Shown here piece after piece: positions 1 through 8,989 of a stretch of DNA of 64,000 nt (positions are counted from its first letter, which is position 1; each line of letters begins with the position of its first letter). The notes below the pieces were generated by a model. The model did no database searches. It was not told the origin of the DNA and was given only the letters and a program-made list of their open reading frames with translations. This DNA is from Escherichia phage Sa157lw. The stretch is from the sequence record OK322699.1. The stretch is one strand, 5' to 3'. Made by a program: the position numbers and the translations under genes.

Positions 1-47
1 TGGATTCTATCGCAGCCGATATGAATTCAAACAACAACGGCCAGTAA
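1..47 (+). CDS. 3' end of an upstream gene truncated by the window edge (position suggests portal gp20 or a prohead core protein)
   Basis: Open frame from window start to TAA at 45-47; followed by AAGGAG RBS for the next gene; too short to identify. Confidence 0.2.
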   Translation, partial: DSIAADMNSNNNGQ

Positions 48-55
48 GGAGATGC

Positions 56-373
56 ATGATGGAAATCACAGAGATCGCCACGTTCGCTGATTTCCTGGCC
101 TCTCGTATGGACGAGCAGCGAGTCATCGATAAAGTGAACGCTCGTGGTAAACGCCGCCGCCGCTTGAAATGTGCCCCTGGGTTCAAATTGTCGGCTGATG
201 GTTCACGTTGTGAAGTTATGGACGCCAGCGAACGTCGTGTTCGCAAGATCGGCAACCGCAAAGCCCTCCGCTCTAAAAAGCGTATGGGAATGGGCTATCA
301 ACGTAAAATCGAGCGCCGCAAGAAAAAGGCTATGAAGTTCCGCAAAATGATGGGACTGAGTAAGAACAAGTAA
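56..373 (+). CDS. small highly basic protein, prohead core protein-like (gp67/gp68 position)
   Basis: 105 aa, Arg/Lys-rich, immediately upstream of gp21 as in T4 order 20-67-68-21; AAGGAG RBS. Confidence 0.35.
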   Translation: MMEITEIATFADFLASRMDEQRVIDKVNARGKRRRRLKCAPGFKLSADGSRCEVMDASERRVRKIGNRKALRSKKRMGMGYQRKIERRKKKAMKFRKMMGLSKNK

Positions 374-380
374 GGAGTTT

Positions 381-1049
381 ATGATGAAACTGTTGCGTGA
401 GATCACAGCGATAGGGAAGGATCTTCAAATCGGTGAGGCCACAACCTCAACTGGTGGGAAGGCCATGTTCATCGAAGGTCCGTTTGTGATGTGTAACCAA
501 GTCAACCGTAACGGGCGTAACTATGATCTACAGAAAGTGGGTATTCCTGCTGTCGAAGCATACGACAAAGAGTATATCCAAGATCGTCGCGCAATCGGTG
601 AAGTCACACATCCTGACTATCCTTTCCCTAATTTAGTGGAAGCTGCGCTCAAAACCGAATCCCTTCGATGGGAAGGCACTAATGCCATCGGTCGGGCGAG
701 AATTTTAAACACACCAAAAGGCCAAATCATTCGTGCATTGGCCGAAGCAGACTTCAATCTGGCCGTATCTACTCGTGGCCTGGGTGAGACTAAGTCGGTA
801 AGCGGTTATGATGATGTTCAGCCTGGCTTTATGCTTACCGCCGTTGACGCAGTTGACCGTCCTTCTGGACAAGTTTGTTATGTTAAGGCTGTGAGTGAAT
901 CTGTTGAATGGCAGCTGGACGAGGCTTCGGGTATTTGGATGCCTCGTGATGTTAAAGGGAAAGTTGTAGACCAGTTGGTGAAAGCCAATATCCAGGTTGA
1001 AGACGATTTCCTGCGCCGCCTTGATGCAGCATTGAATCATCTGGGCTGA
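381..1049 (+). CDS. 21: prohead core scaffold protein and protease gp21
   Basis: 222 aa; alignable by eye to T4 gp21 (NRNxRxY, HPxxxxxxxxEA, GRARI, STRGLG motifs); position before gp22/gp23. Confidence 0.9.
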   Translation: MMKLLREITAIGKDLQIGEATTSTGGKAMFIEGPFVMCNQVNRNGRNYDLQKVGIPAVEAYDKEYIQDRRAIGEVTHPDYPFPNLVEAALKTESLRWEGTNAIGRARILNTPKGQIIRALAEADFNLAVSTRGLGETKSVSGYDDVQPGFMLTAVDAVDRPSGQVCYVKAVSESVEWQLDEASGIWMPRDVKGKVVDQLVKANIQVEDDFLRRLDAALNHLG

Positions 1050-1095
1050 ATTTCAGCTCACTAAATACTGAAAAATCGTTCAGAAGGAAACTATC

Positions 1096-1935
1096 ATGAA
1101 ACCTGAATTGCAAAATCTGTTTGAAGGCGTTAACGGCATCAGCCCAGATTTCCTGGATAAAGTATCCAATTTGCTGGAATCGAAAGTTGAAGCGGCTCGT
1201 CTGAAAGCTATCCAAGAAACCGAAGCAGCTGGCAACGTCGAGCGCCTGAATCTGGTAGAATCTCACCAGAAAGAAATCGCCGACCTGAAAGAAAATTTCA
1301 TTCTGCAATTGGCTGGGAAAGTTGACTCATTCCTCAACGCGGTGGTTGAAGAATGGGCTAACAAAAATGCCCCAGCTATTGACGCTCAGATCAAAACTGA
1401 AGCTGCTGAACGCTTCCTCACTGGTTTCTCCAACGTGCTGAAAGAAGCAGGTGTGAGTTTCGCTACTGACCCAGACGGTCAGATTGCCGCCCTCACCAGT
1501 CGCCTTGCTGAAGCAGAACAACGCGCCAACATGGCTAATACAGAGTTGAGCCAACTCAAAGAAAGCGAGACTAAACGCCAGCGCACCGACGTAATTGATC
1601 GCATTTGTGAAGGTATGGTTGACACCAAGAAAGACACTGTTGTCAACCTGCTGGAAGGTATTGAATTCCAGACCGAGTCTGAATTCGAATCGCGTGTTCG
1701 CACCTTCCGTAATCTGGTAGAAGGTAAAGATGACTTCTCTGACAAAGTCGGTAAAGACAATGAAAAGGGTAAGCCAGATGGCGACAAGGCTGAAAAAGAC
1801 ATCAAAGAAGGTAAGAAACAGAAAAAAGAAGGTGATGATGTTGACGACGATAAAGACGACGACGACAAAGACGAAGTTGGCAAAGAAGTCAACGAAGCCG
1901 TCCGTCGCCAGATCAGCGCCATTCTGAACGGCTAA
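1096..1935 (+). CDS. 22: prohead scaffolding protein gp22
   Basis: 279 aa, coiled-coil rich, acidic KDDDDKDE C-terminus; between gp21 and gp23. Confidence 0.7.
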   Translation: MKPELQNLFEGVNGISPDFLDKVSNLLESKVEAARLKAIQETEAAGNVERLNLVESHQKEIADLKENFILQLAGKVDSFLNAVVEEWANKNAPAIDAQIKTEAAERFLTGFSNVLKEAGVSFATDPDGQIAALTSRLAEAEQRANMANTELSQLKESETKRQRTDVIDRICEGMVDTKKDTVVNLLEGIEFQTESEFESRVRTFRNLVEGKDDFSDKVGKDNEKGKPDGDKAEKDIKEGKKQKKEGDDVDDDKDDDDKDEVGKEVNEAVRRQISAILNG

Positions 1936-1948
1936 TTTTAGCAGCCAC

Positions 1949-1975
1949 AGCCCTCGAAAGGGGGCTTGATTTTGA
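1949..1975 (+). terminator. stem-loop (AGCCC..GGGGCT) followed by T-rich tract after gp22
   Basis: inverted repeat read directly. Confidence 0.4.
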
Positions 1976-2026
1976 ACTACTAAGTAATTTCAACTTAACT
2001 GAATATCAATGTAAGGAACGAGCATC

Positions 2027-3349
2027 ATGACTAAGAAACTTGTAACCGAAGAAATGCGCAAACAGTGGCTGCCAGTTCTCCAAAAAGAATCTGAAGCCAT
2101 CCAACCTCTGTCTGCCGAAAACGTAACCATCCGTCTGATGCAAAACCAGGCCGAGTGGAACGCTAAAAACCTGGGCGAATCCGACGCTCCTGGTTCTGTA
2201 AACAGCACTGTCGGTAAATGGCAGCCAGTCCTGATCGACATGGCAAAACGTCTAGCGCCGATCAACATCGCAATGGACTTCTTCGGCGTTCAGCCGCTGT
2301 CTGGTCCTGATGGTCAGATCTTCGCACTGCGTGCTCGCCAAGGTGTTGGTGACGGTTCTACTACCGCTCAGGCGCGTAAAGAACTGTTCATGAACGAAGC
2401 CGATTCCGGCTACTCTGGTGATGGCACTGTACAGGCTGGTGACCCGTCAGGCTTCAGTCAGGCTGAGATCGAAGGTTCCGGCTCTGTCGTGACCACTATC
2501 GGTAAAGGTATGCCGTCAACCGACGCGGAACTGCTGGGTACTACCACCAATCCGTGGGCGCGTGTTGGTATTACCGTTCAGAAAGCGACCGTTACTGCCA
2601 AGTCTCGCGGCCTGTATGCTGATTACAGCCATGAACTGCGTCAGGATATGATGGCAATTCACGGCGAAGACGTGGACAATATCCTGTCTGACGTGATGGT
2701 AACTGAAATTCAGGCGGAAATGAACCGTGAATTCATCCGCACCATGAACTTCAGTGCTGTTCGTTTCAAAAAATTCGGCACCAACGGTGTTGTTGATATC
2801 GCACAGGACATCTCCGGTCGTTGGGCGCTGGAAAAATGGAAATTCCTGACTTTCATGCTGGAAGTCGAAGCGAATGGTATCGGCGTTGACACCCGTCGTG
2901 GTAAAGGCAACCGTGTTCTGTGTTCTCCGAACGTGGCGTCTGCTCTGGCGATGTCCGGCATGCTGGACTATGCTCCGGTTCTGCAGGAAAACACCAAACT
3001 GGCTGTTGACCCGACTGGTCAGACCTTCGCGGGTGTTCTGTCCAACGGCATGCGCGTCTATGTTGACCCATATGCTGTAGCAGAATATATCACCCTGGCG
3101 TATAAAGGCGCGACCGCGCTGGATGCTGGTATCTTCTTCGCACCGTATGTGCCGCTGGAAATGTACCGTACTCAGGGTGAAACCACCTTCGCTCCGCGTA
3201 TGGCGTTCAAAACCCGTTACGGCATCTGTGCTAACCCGTTCGTTCAGATTCCGGCTAACCAAGACCCGCAGGTTTACGTGACTGCTGACGGTATTGCTCA
3301 AGACAGCAACCCATACTTCCGTAAAGGTCTCATCAAATCTCTGTTCTAA
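2027..3349 (+). CDS. 23: major capsid protein gp23
   Basis: 440 aa; motifs FGVQPLSGPDGQIFALRA, YVDPYA, FKTRYGI, C-terminal YFRKG match T4 gp23 pattern. Confidence 0.9.
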   Translation: MTKKLVTEEMRKQWLPVLQKESEAIQPLSAENVTIRLMQNQAEWNAKNLGESDAPGSVNSTVGKWQPVLIDMAKRLAPINIAMDFFGVQPLSGPDGQIFALRARQGVGDGSTTAQARKELFMNEADSGYSGDGTVQAGDPSGFSQAEIEGSGSVVTTIGKGMPSTDAELLGTTTNPWARVGITVQKATVTAKSRGLYADYSHELRQDMMAIHGEDVDNILSDVMVTEIQAEMNREFIRTMNFSAVRFKKFGTNGVVDIAQDISGRWALEKWKFLTFMLEVEANGIGVDTRRGKGNRVLCSPNVASALAMSGMLDYAPVLQENTKLAVDPTGQTFAGVLSNGMRVYVDPYAVAEYITLAYKGATALDAGIFFAPYVPLEMYRTQGETTFAPRMAFKTRYGICANPFVQIPANQDPQVYVTADGIAQDSNPYFRKGLIKSLF

Positions 3350-3367
3350 TCAACAGGTTTTGATAAA

Positions 3368-3397
3368 CAAACCCCGCCATGTGCGGGGTTTTTCTTT
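3368..3397 (+). terminator. rho-independent terminator after gp23 (AAACCCCGC catgt GCGGGGTTT + TTTCTTT)
   Basis: perfect 9-bp GC-rich stem and T-run. Confidence 0.8.
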
Positions 3398-3443
3398 ATA
3401 GGGATTCACTATAAGACCGCTAATAGTTTTCAATAAGTGGGCA

Positions 3444-3680
3444 ATGAACGATCATTACCTAACTTTCACAACTGGAACGCTACTCATGGCTAAAGAAACT
3501 CTGACTAAAGAAAACTCTAACTTCGCAGAATGGCATGCAGAATTAGAGCGTGTCGCTCGTTCTCAACATGGCTCTGCCGCCGATGCTATGGCGTGGCATG
3601 AAGATTATGAGTCTGGCAAAACCCCGCGTCAGGCTTGGGAAGATGAATGGGGGTGGAATGATGCAGACTCTAATTCGTAA
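3444..3680 (+). CDS. hypothetical small protein
   Basis: 78 aa ORF; true start may be internal (MAKETL). Confidence 0.3.
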   Translation: MNDHYLTFTTGTLLMAKETLTKENSNFAEWHAELERVARSQHGSAADAMAWHEDYESGKTPRQAWEDEWGWNDADSNS

Positions 3681-3891
3681 GATATATCTGGATAAGAACT
3701 ATTTGGAATCCAAAATCGAAGTTTTCTCGGCTCAAAAAATAATTGAAGACGGTGAAACGAGATATTATCTGAAACCTGACCTTTATCTTCCAGGAAGTAG
3801 TTTGAATCGCGATATAATTCAGTCGGACGGTATTACTGTTCGTTGGGAAATGGCGTCACAGGAAGACAACTGTCATAGCATAACACTTTGA
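3658..3891 (+). CDS. hypothetical small protein
   Basis: ORF 3550..3891 trimmed to internal ATG overlapping stop of upstream ORF, GGGGGTGG RBS. Confidence 0.3.
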   Translation: MMQTLIRKIYLDKNYLESKIEVFSAQKIIEDGETRYYLKPDLYLPGSSLNRDIIQSDGITVRWEMASQEDNCHSITL

Positions 3892-3906
3892 AGAGAGATC
3901 TATATT

Positions 3907-4347
3907 ATGTCAAAAGAAAAATACATATTCATCAGCCCCGCTACGAAGGAGTTCTTCATCTCCGACGTGAAAGATCGTGTTGAGAAGTTCCGCTACATGC
4001 GCAGCTATGGTCTGGCATCCGGTGATATTGATTATCAGTCACTGGACAATGATCGCCAAGATCTGATCGACGACGGTTGGCGTTTAGTTCCGTCCCCTCA
4101 GTACATTCATATCACGTTGTACTATATGAAGGACAGCGGGAAGTTCTATTCCGAAGGTGAACTCGTACTCAATCGAGGAGAAGCAGAAGCCGAACCTGCC
4201 AAAACCTGGATGTTGGCGATGGATCAGATCCGTGAATTGCTGGACTCCGGTAATCTGCCTGGCCTGATCAGGGGTTCAAAATTCGACGTGTTCGTTACTG
4301 GCCAGGGTCATCCTGGTGGATACCCACATCTGTTCCGTATTAACTGA
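3907..4347 (+). CDS. hypothetical protein
   Basis: 146 aa ORF; start carries conserved GAGAGATCTATATTATG element. Confidence 0.4.
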   Translation: MSKEKYIFISPATKEFFISDVKDRVEKFRYMRSYGLASGDIDYQSLDNDRQDLIDDGWRLVPSPQYIHITLYYMKDSGKFYSEGELVLNRGEAEAEPAKTWMLAMDQIRELLDSGNLPGLIRGSKFDVFVTGQGHPGGYPHLFRIN

Positions 4348-4355
4348 GGTCAATT

Positions 4356-4730
4356 ATGAGCAATTTACCACTGCTTCAAGTCGGTGACGTATTCATTCTC
4401 ACGGCAGAAATGACCGTTGAAACTCAGGTGCCAAAGCATTTCTTGTATTCTAATTGCAAGGGTGATTGGCAAATGGACTCTGGTTATATCACCCCTGAGG
4501 GATTCTTCGGTTACATGCAAGGACATTACGTCGTTACCAAAACAGCCCTACAAGGCGGTAGCACTGGTCATGATCCATACCCTGACGGCCATCATGTTTG
4601 GGCACAGCATACTGAAAATGAACGCATCAGAATCTGTTTCTATCAGACAGGTAGTTTCAGGAATATGCACCGGAATGTTCCAGTAGTCGGAAAGGCTAAG
4701 GCGCAAACATGGACTTGGGAGAAATTATGA
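4356..4730 (+). CDS. hypothetical protein
   Basis: 124 aa ORF closely following upstream gene. Confidence 0.4.
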   Translation: MSNLPLLQVGDVFILTAEMTVETQVPKHFLYSNCKGDWQMDSGYITPEGFFGYMQGHYVVTKTALQGGSTGHDPYPDGHHVWAQHTENERIRICFYQTGSFRNMHRNVPVVGKAKAQTWTWEKL

Positions 4731-4963
4731 AAATCAAAAAGATAGGCGCAAGCCCATTGACGGGAACAATCTTCCAGGGTACTTTGAACACCAAGACCAG
4801 TATGTGGGTCGGTGAGAAGACTGATGTGACTAACGACTGTGTAGCGGCTACGGCTGAACACATGCGTCACATCAAGAAAGACTACTGCTTCCCTACTAAA
4901 GACGGCAAGTTCCTGGTGCTGAGCGCTGAGGTTCACGACACCCTTCCTGATCGCTTCAAATAA
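4727..4963 (+). CDS. hypothetical small protein
   Basis: ORF 4709..4963 trimmed to MKIKK start with GGGAG RBS; ATGA overlap with upstream stop. Confidence 0.35.
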   Translation: MKIKKIGASPLTGTIFQGTLNTKTSMWVGEKTDVTNDCVAATAEHMRHIKKDYCFPTKDGKFLVLSAEVHDTLPDRFK

Positions 4964-4989
4964 ATTTAAAATTTATTCAATAAACGGGG

Positions 4990-5017
4990 TTTACTTCTTC
5001 AATAAACCCCGTATACT
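4990..5017 (+). promoter_or_regulatory. early sigma70-type promoter (-35 TTTACT, 16-bp spacer containing TTCAATAA, -10 TATACT)
   Basis: sequence read directly; member of repeated promoter family. Confidence 0.55.
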
Positions 5018-5066
5018 TCATTCCATAAGCAGCACAACACTGACTCTGAAATGAAGGAACTACACC

Positions 5067-5504
5067 ATGACCACAGCAAAAGTTACCATCTACGCTTTCG
5101 ACGCTTTCTCTAAATTTGACGCATTCGTCTCCTCCGCATTTGGTATCAAAGAAGTTGAAGCAGAGAAAACTTTCTGTGGTGGACTCGGCAAGTTTGCCAA
5201 CCTGAGTTTATCCCTGACAGAGTTCATGAAATCTCTTGAAGGTCACTTTGACGCCGAAACCATTCGCACTTCCTTACTCAAGAAAGACGGCACCCCTCGC
5301 AAACTGTCTGGCAAGACTAGAATTTACGATGCTGACGGCTTTACTGTGTCTGTGCATTTTACTGAAGAACCTGTGTACGAACTTTTCAGCGGGTCTGAGG
5401 ACCTCACTCACTATGTGGTCAGGAAAGGCGATTCCCGCCCTGTGTTCGAATCTGGCGACATCCTCGCCGCTATCAAAGAACTTGCGCGTCTGAATAGCCT
5501 CTAA
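5067..5504 (+). CDS. hypothetical early protein
   Basis: 145 aa; downstream of promoter and conserved leader GAAGGAACTACACCATG. Confidence 0.45.
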   Translation: MTTAKVTIYAFDAFSKFDAFVSSAFGIKEVEAEKTFCGGLGKFANLSLSLTEFMKSLEGHFDAETIRTSLLKKDGTPRKLSGKTRIYDADGFTVSVHFTEEPVYELFSGSEDLTHYVVRKGDSRPVFESGDILAAIKELARLNSL

Positions 5505-5579
5505 CAGACGTTTGTTCTAAACCTTTGAACGGGGTATGGTTAATCCATACCCTATCCCATACAAATAGAGGACTTTATC

Positions 5580-5924
5580 ATGACTACAAGAATCCCACCG
5601 CAGTCGATTGAAATCTCGAAGGTCGTCAATATCGAACCTCGTCGAGGAACCCGTAAACCCCGCGCGGGGCGTCATCTGACCACCAAGCTGGATCTTCTGA
5701 AACAGAAGTTCGGCGACCACAGTGTGTTTACCCGTATCCGCAACGCATTAAAGGAAGGGCGAACCGAGTTGGAGCTATATCGTCCGAACGGTTCGACTCG
5801 AGCGTATCAGACCACCGACGGTTTGCTGGAACTGATCCGCCTATCAGGGATGAACATAGAACCCCGTTCATCAGGAACCCCGCTATGCAGCCTGTACGTC
5901 ATCAGCAATCTTGGGGCGCTGTGA
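5580..5924 (+). CDS. hypothetical protein
   Basis: 114 aa ORF. Confidence 0.4.
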   Translation: MTTRIPPQSIEISKVVNIEPRRGTRKPRAGRHLTTKLDLLKQKFGDHSVFTRIRNALKEGRTELELYRPNGSTRAYQTTDGLLELIRLSGMNIEPRSSGTPLCSLYVISNLGAL

Positions 5925-5929
5925 GTTCT

Positions 5930-6352
5930 ATGAAGAAGTATATCGTTCTTATAACGGGTTCCCGTTCTATAACTGAGCGGGACAAAATATTTGCCAAATT
6001 AGATGAACTCTTAATCCCTCACGAGATAGAGACGTTTATTGAAGGTGAAGCAGTGGGTGTGGATCTGATATCCCGTGATTGGTGTGAAATCAATTATGTG
6101 CATATCACACCAATGCCGATTCCTCAAAATTACCATACGTTATATGGGAAAGGTGCGGGCAATCAACGTAACAAAGATATGCTGGACAAGGCTCTAACAT
6201 TGGCGAAGCAAAAAGATCTTGAGGTCTTTGGAATTGCATTATGGGATGGTTCGTCTACTGGGACGCAAGACATGATCAAGCGCATGAAGAAAGCGGGAAT
6301 AAATGTCAATATCACTCTCATGGGCAAACCCAAAACCAAACGATTGTTATAA
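5930..6352 (+). CDS. Rossmann-like SLOG/DprA-LOG-like protein (DUF2493-like)
   Basis: ORF trimmed to MKKYIVLITGSRS; motifs ITGSRS..GEAVGVD..DGSSTGT resemble SLOG family. Confidence 0.35.
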   Translation: MKKYIVLITGSRSITERDKIFAKLDELLIPHEIETFIEGEAVGVDLISRDWCEINYVHITPMPIPQNYHTLYGKGAGNQRNKDMLDKALTLAKQKDLEVFGIALWDGSSTGTQDMIKRMKKAGINVNITLMGKPKTKRLL

Positions 6353-6382
6353 ATAAATTTGCCACCCATGAGGAGTTATACC

Positions 6383-6553
6383 ATGTTACAAATACTGTTG
6401 GTGCTTTGTGTCGCATTTACCATGTACTTCATGGCACGCATCGGTTTTATTACTTTAGATGACATGAAGGGTATCCCACGTGAACCCAAATTCATCTTTC
6501 TGAAGAAGTTTGCCAAAAAGTTCTCAGAAAACTTTATTTATCATCTACCATGA
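6383..6553 (+). CDS. small single-pass membrane protein
   Basis: 56 aa with hydrophobic N-terminal helix (ORF 6359..6553 trimmed to ATG). Confidence 0.3.
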   Translation: MLQILLVLCVAFTMYFMARIGFITLDDMKGIPREPKFIFLKKFAKKFSENFIYHLP

Positions 6554-6557
6554 TTAA

Positions 6558-6583
6558 ATACCCCCAAAATTGGGGGTATTTTT
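6558..6583 (+). terminator. stem-loop ATACCCCC aaaatt GGGGGTAT + TTTT directly abutting the next start codon
   Basis: inverted repeat; also sequesters the G-rich RBS of the 6584 gene. Confidence 0.5.
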
Positions 6584-7312
6584 ATGAACGCACAAATCTA
6601 TGATGTCCTTTCCTCTGGCAATGCATTTAGCAATCCGCTTCCATCCCTCTCCGGTCCTTCTCAGGATTTAATAACCAGTGGCATCACCAATATACCATTG
6701 ATAACTGCCAACGCTACTCCGGAGATGCAGGCGGCTATGGCAGCTGGTGGACTAACACCAGAAAAACTCACAGCAGCCAGCACCATGTATAGCACCGCCA
6801 ACACAGGGATAACAACTCTGAACACATATGGCGACCAAAGTATCAATGACGCGTATTCTCGCATCGGTACTTCCGTGTCATACAAATCAGGTCTGAAGGG
6901 TATATCACGAGAGCCAAACAATTGTGATTTGATCAACAAGGCTTTTGGTGTTGTTCAGGATTTAGGACGCCAATGGCTGAATGCTATGGAAGGCGCTCTA
7001 CAGACCGTAACAAACAAGATATCGGAATTGTATGAGATGATCATGGAAGGTGCCTCAGAAGGAATGGCAAAGCTGCAGGAATTGGCTGCAGAAGTAACGG
7101 GACACATCAATACTGCGATAACCGCAGTCAACGGGGTTATAAGTGATATTACAGATGGTATAGCCGCAGAACTTGCACACATTGAAAGCATGATCAAAGA
7201 GTGCTTGAATTTCTCTTTTGCTAACGTGCTCGGGGAATGGGCTAAAGATCTGTGCGCCGGAGGTGTTATTGACAAAATAGGGACTCCAGCATTAAAAGAA
7301 TCCCTGAAATAA
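6584..7312 (+). CDS. hypothetical protein (Ser/Thr/Ala-rich N-terminus)
   Basis: 242 aa ORF. Confidence 0.45.
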   Translation: MNAQIYDVLSSGNAFSNPLPSLSGPSQDLITSGITNIPLITANATPEMQAAMAAGGLTPEKLTAASTMYSTANTGITTLNTYGDQSINDAYSRIGTSVSYKSGLKGISREPNNCDLINKAFGVVQDLGRQWLNAMEGALQTVTNKISELYEMIMEGASEGMAKLQELAAEVTGHINTAITAVNGVISDITDGIAAELAHIESMIKECLNFSFANVLGEWAKDLCAGGVIDKIGTPALKESLK

Positions 7313-7313
7313 A

Positions 7314-7934
7314 TCAATGACGAGCAGGGAGGACTCCCACTGGTTCGATGCCTTCGATCATCAGGGAGTCCACTCCAACATCGCTCAGGCGAATCCAAAC
7401 CTTACCCCCTGGCCTTATCTCATAGATGTTCATCTCGTTTCCAACAGCAGACCCATTCACAAAAACGCCTTGAGTAGCAATCCGAATAGGCGTTTTGGTG
7501 TTGTTGATTATCTGAAAAGATATCGTGATATCCCTTGTCAATTCCACATTTCTTGCTTTTGTATATCTCCTCAATTTTTCAAAGAAAGATGGATTGAATG
7601 TGGCTATGATGCTGTTGTTTTGTGAGTAGTAAATACTGGCAGACAGATAAGGGATTTTTCCCTCATCACCTTTCCTCAATAGAGGGATCGTGGTTTTCCA
7701 GTACGGTCTCAACGCCTGGTTGTTATCATCAAAACAACCGACGGCTTGTATGGTTTGGAAATTCTGGAAGTCTGCCACAACTTGATCCAGTAACTTTTTA
7801 TTACATTTGTCGACATCAGCAGAAATATTGACTGGTATAGTTCTGATTTCAGGATCCCAAAGATCGGTGACAGAAATCACGGACGTGACAAAGATACGGC
7901 AGCTTGTAAGTACAAGCACCATTATCATCGTCAT
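7314..7934 (-). CDS. putative lipoprotein
   Basis: ORF 7314..8012 trimmed to MTMIMVLVLTSC; lipobox L-T-S-C after hydrophobic stretch. Confidence 0.4.
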   Translation of the reverse strand: MTMIMVLVLTSCRIFVTSVISVTDLWDPEIRTIPVNISADVDKCNKKLLDQVVADFQNFQTIQAVGCFDDNNQALRPYWKTTIPLLRKGDEGKIPYLSASIYYSQNNSIIATFNPSFFEKLRRYTKARNVELTRDITISFQIINNTKTPIRIATQGVFVNGSAVGNEMNIYEIRPGGKVWIRLSDVGVDSLMIEGIEPVGVLPARH

Positions 7935-7997
7935 GATCCATTTTCTGAATCCGCGTATCAGGAACACTAAAAAATTCTCCACAGCAAAGGTGCTAAC

Positions 7998-8495
7998 ATG
8001 ACAGGTGTACAATTCAAAAACGAAAATCCTAATTTCGCGGCTTCCGATAAATGGCGCTTAACCATCGGAGACCTGGTGCTGCTAACCCGTTCGATACACG
8101 ACTTCAGTATCCCTGGCGTGTATTCCGAAGGTATCGAAGGCCCATCCCCTGGCGATGTCCTAAACTCTATACCTTCAGAACGTCTCACGTATGACCCCAT
8201 CGTATTTACGTTCGTTATCGATGAGAGTTGGTACAACTGGGAACAGATTTACAATTGGATCGCTTCGAACGCGGGTTCAGATTTAGCCGTCAGTAGAGAT
8301 ATTACGATTGAACTTTTAGACAACATGAACCGTCCTGTTGGGCTTCAGTTGCTTCTAGAAGAAGGGCGACCAACAGCGCTAGACAACGTGTTGGTTGACG
8401 TGGATGCATCGGTTCCTCAGTTGGTCACAACGGTGACATTCAAATATCTGAAACTGACTCCGACCCGCGTAACCCGCGAAATTGATAAACAATAA
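7998..8495 (+). CDS. hypothetical protein
   Basis: 165 aa ORF. Confidence 0.45.
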   Translation: MTGVQFKNENPNFAASDKWRLTIGDLVLLTRSIHDFSIPGVYSEGIEGPSPGDVLNSIPSERLTYDPIVFTFVIDESWYNWEQIYNWIASNAGSDLAVSRDITIELLDNMNRPVGLQLLLEEGRPTALDNVLVDVDASVPQLVTTVTFKYLKLTPTRVTREIDKQ

Positions 8496-8533
8496 GTTAT
8501 AATACAGAGAGTTGAAACAGCAGGAAATAAATC

Positions 8534-8989
8534 ATGAGTGAAACAAAATTTGAAACAATGAAGACCGAAGATATAATCGCGGAATTAGATCCTCTTATTT
8601 CGGTGAATCCTGAAGACATGAATTTAGACCAAATATCATTGAAAATTGGTCGTTCATGGATGGCTGTCCAGCGCCATTACATTCGTGAAGGGCGTTATCT
8701 AGAATTTTTGACAGGAAAATTCCGTCAAATCGATCTTTATTTACGTCGGTATTATGCAGGGGAATTACCACCCAATATTTATGTCGAACGTCCCCTGAAA
8801 GTTCGCCCCCTGAAATCTGATATAGACGTTTGGGTAAAGGCTGATGACGATTACATTGAGTTATCGAGCATGTTGCAAGAACAAAAAGCCAAAGTAAAAT
8901 TAATCGAAAGTAGTTTAGAACGTTTGAATAAACTCGGCTATGAAGTGAAAAATGCGATTGATTGGCGAAAATACTTGGACGGCATGTGA
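8534..8989 (+). CDS. hypothetical protein
   Basis: 151 aa ORF with AGGAAATAAATCATG start context. Confidence 0.45.
   Translation: MSETKFETMKTEDIIAELDPLISVNPEDMNLDQISLKIGRSWMAVQRHYIREGRYLEFLTGKFRQIDLYLRRYYAGELPPNIYVERPLKVRPLKSDIDVWVKADDDYIELSSMLQEQKAKVKLIESSLERLNKLGYEVKNAIDWRKYLDGM

Noticed and set aside
7-261. 84-aa minus-strand ORF at the window start
   Set aside because: Antisense to the basic prohead-core-like gene with strong RBS; no start context
1479-1922. 147-aa Ser/Leu-rich minus-strand ORF inside gp22
   Set aside because: Antisense of the acidic repetitive gp22 C-terminus; low-complexity artefact
1940-2026. T4-type late promoter TATAAATA upstream of gp23
   Set aside because: No exact TATAAATA in the gp22-gp23 intergenic region; late promoter consensus in this phage may differ or gp23 is transcribed from further upstream
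2516-3301. 261-aa minus-strand ORF inside gp23
   Set aside because: Antisense to a confidently identified, highly conserved capsid gene; His/Arg-rich composition typical of out-of-frame translation
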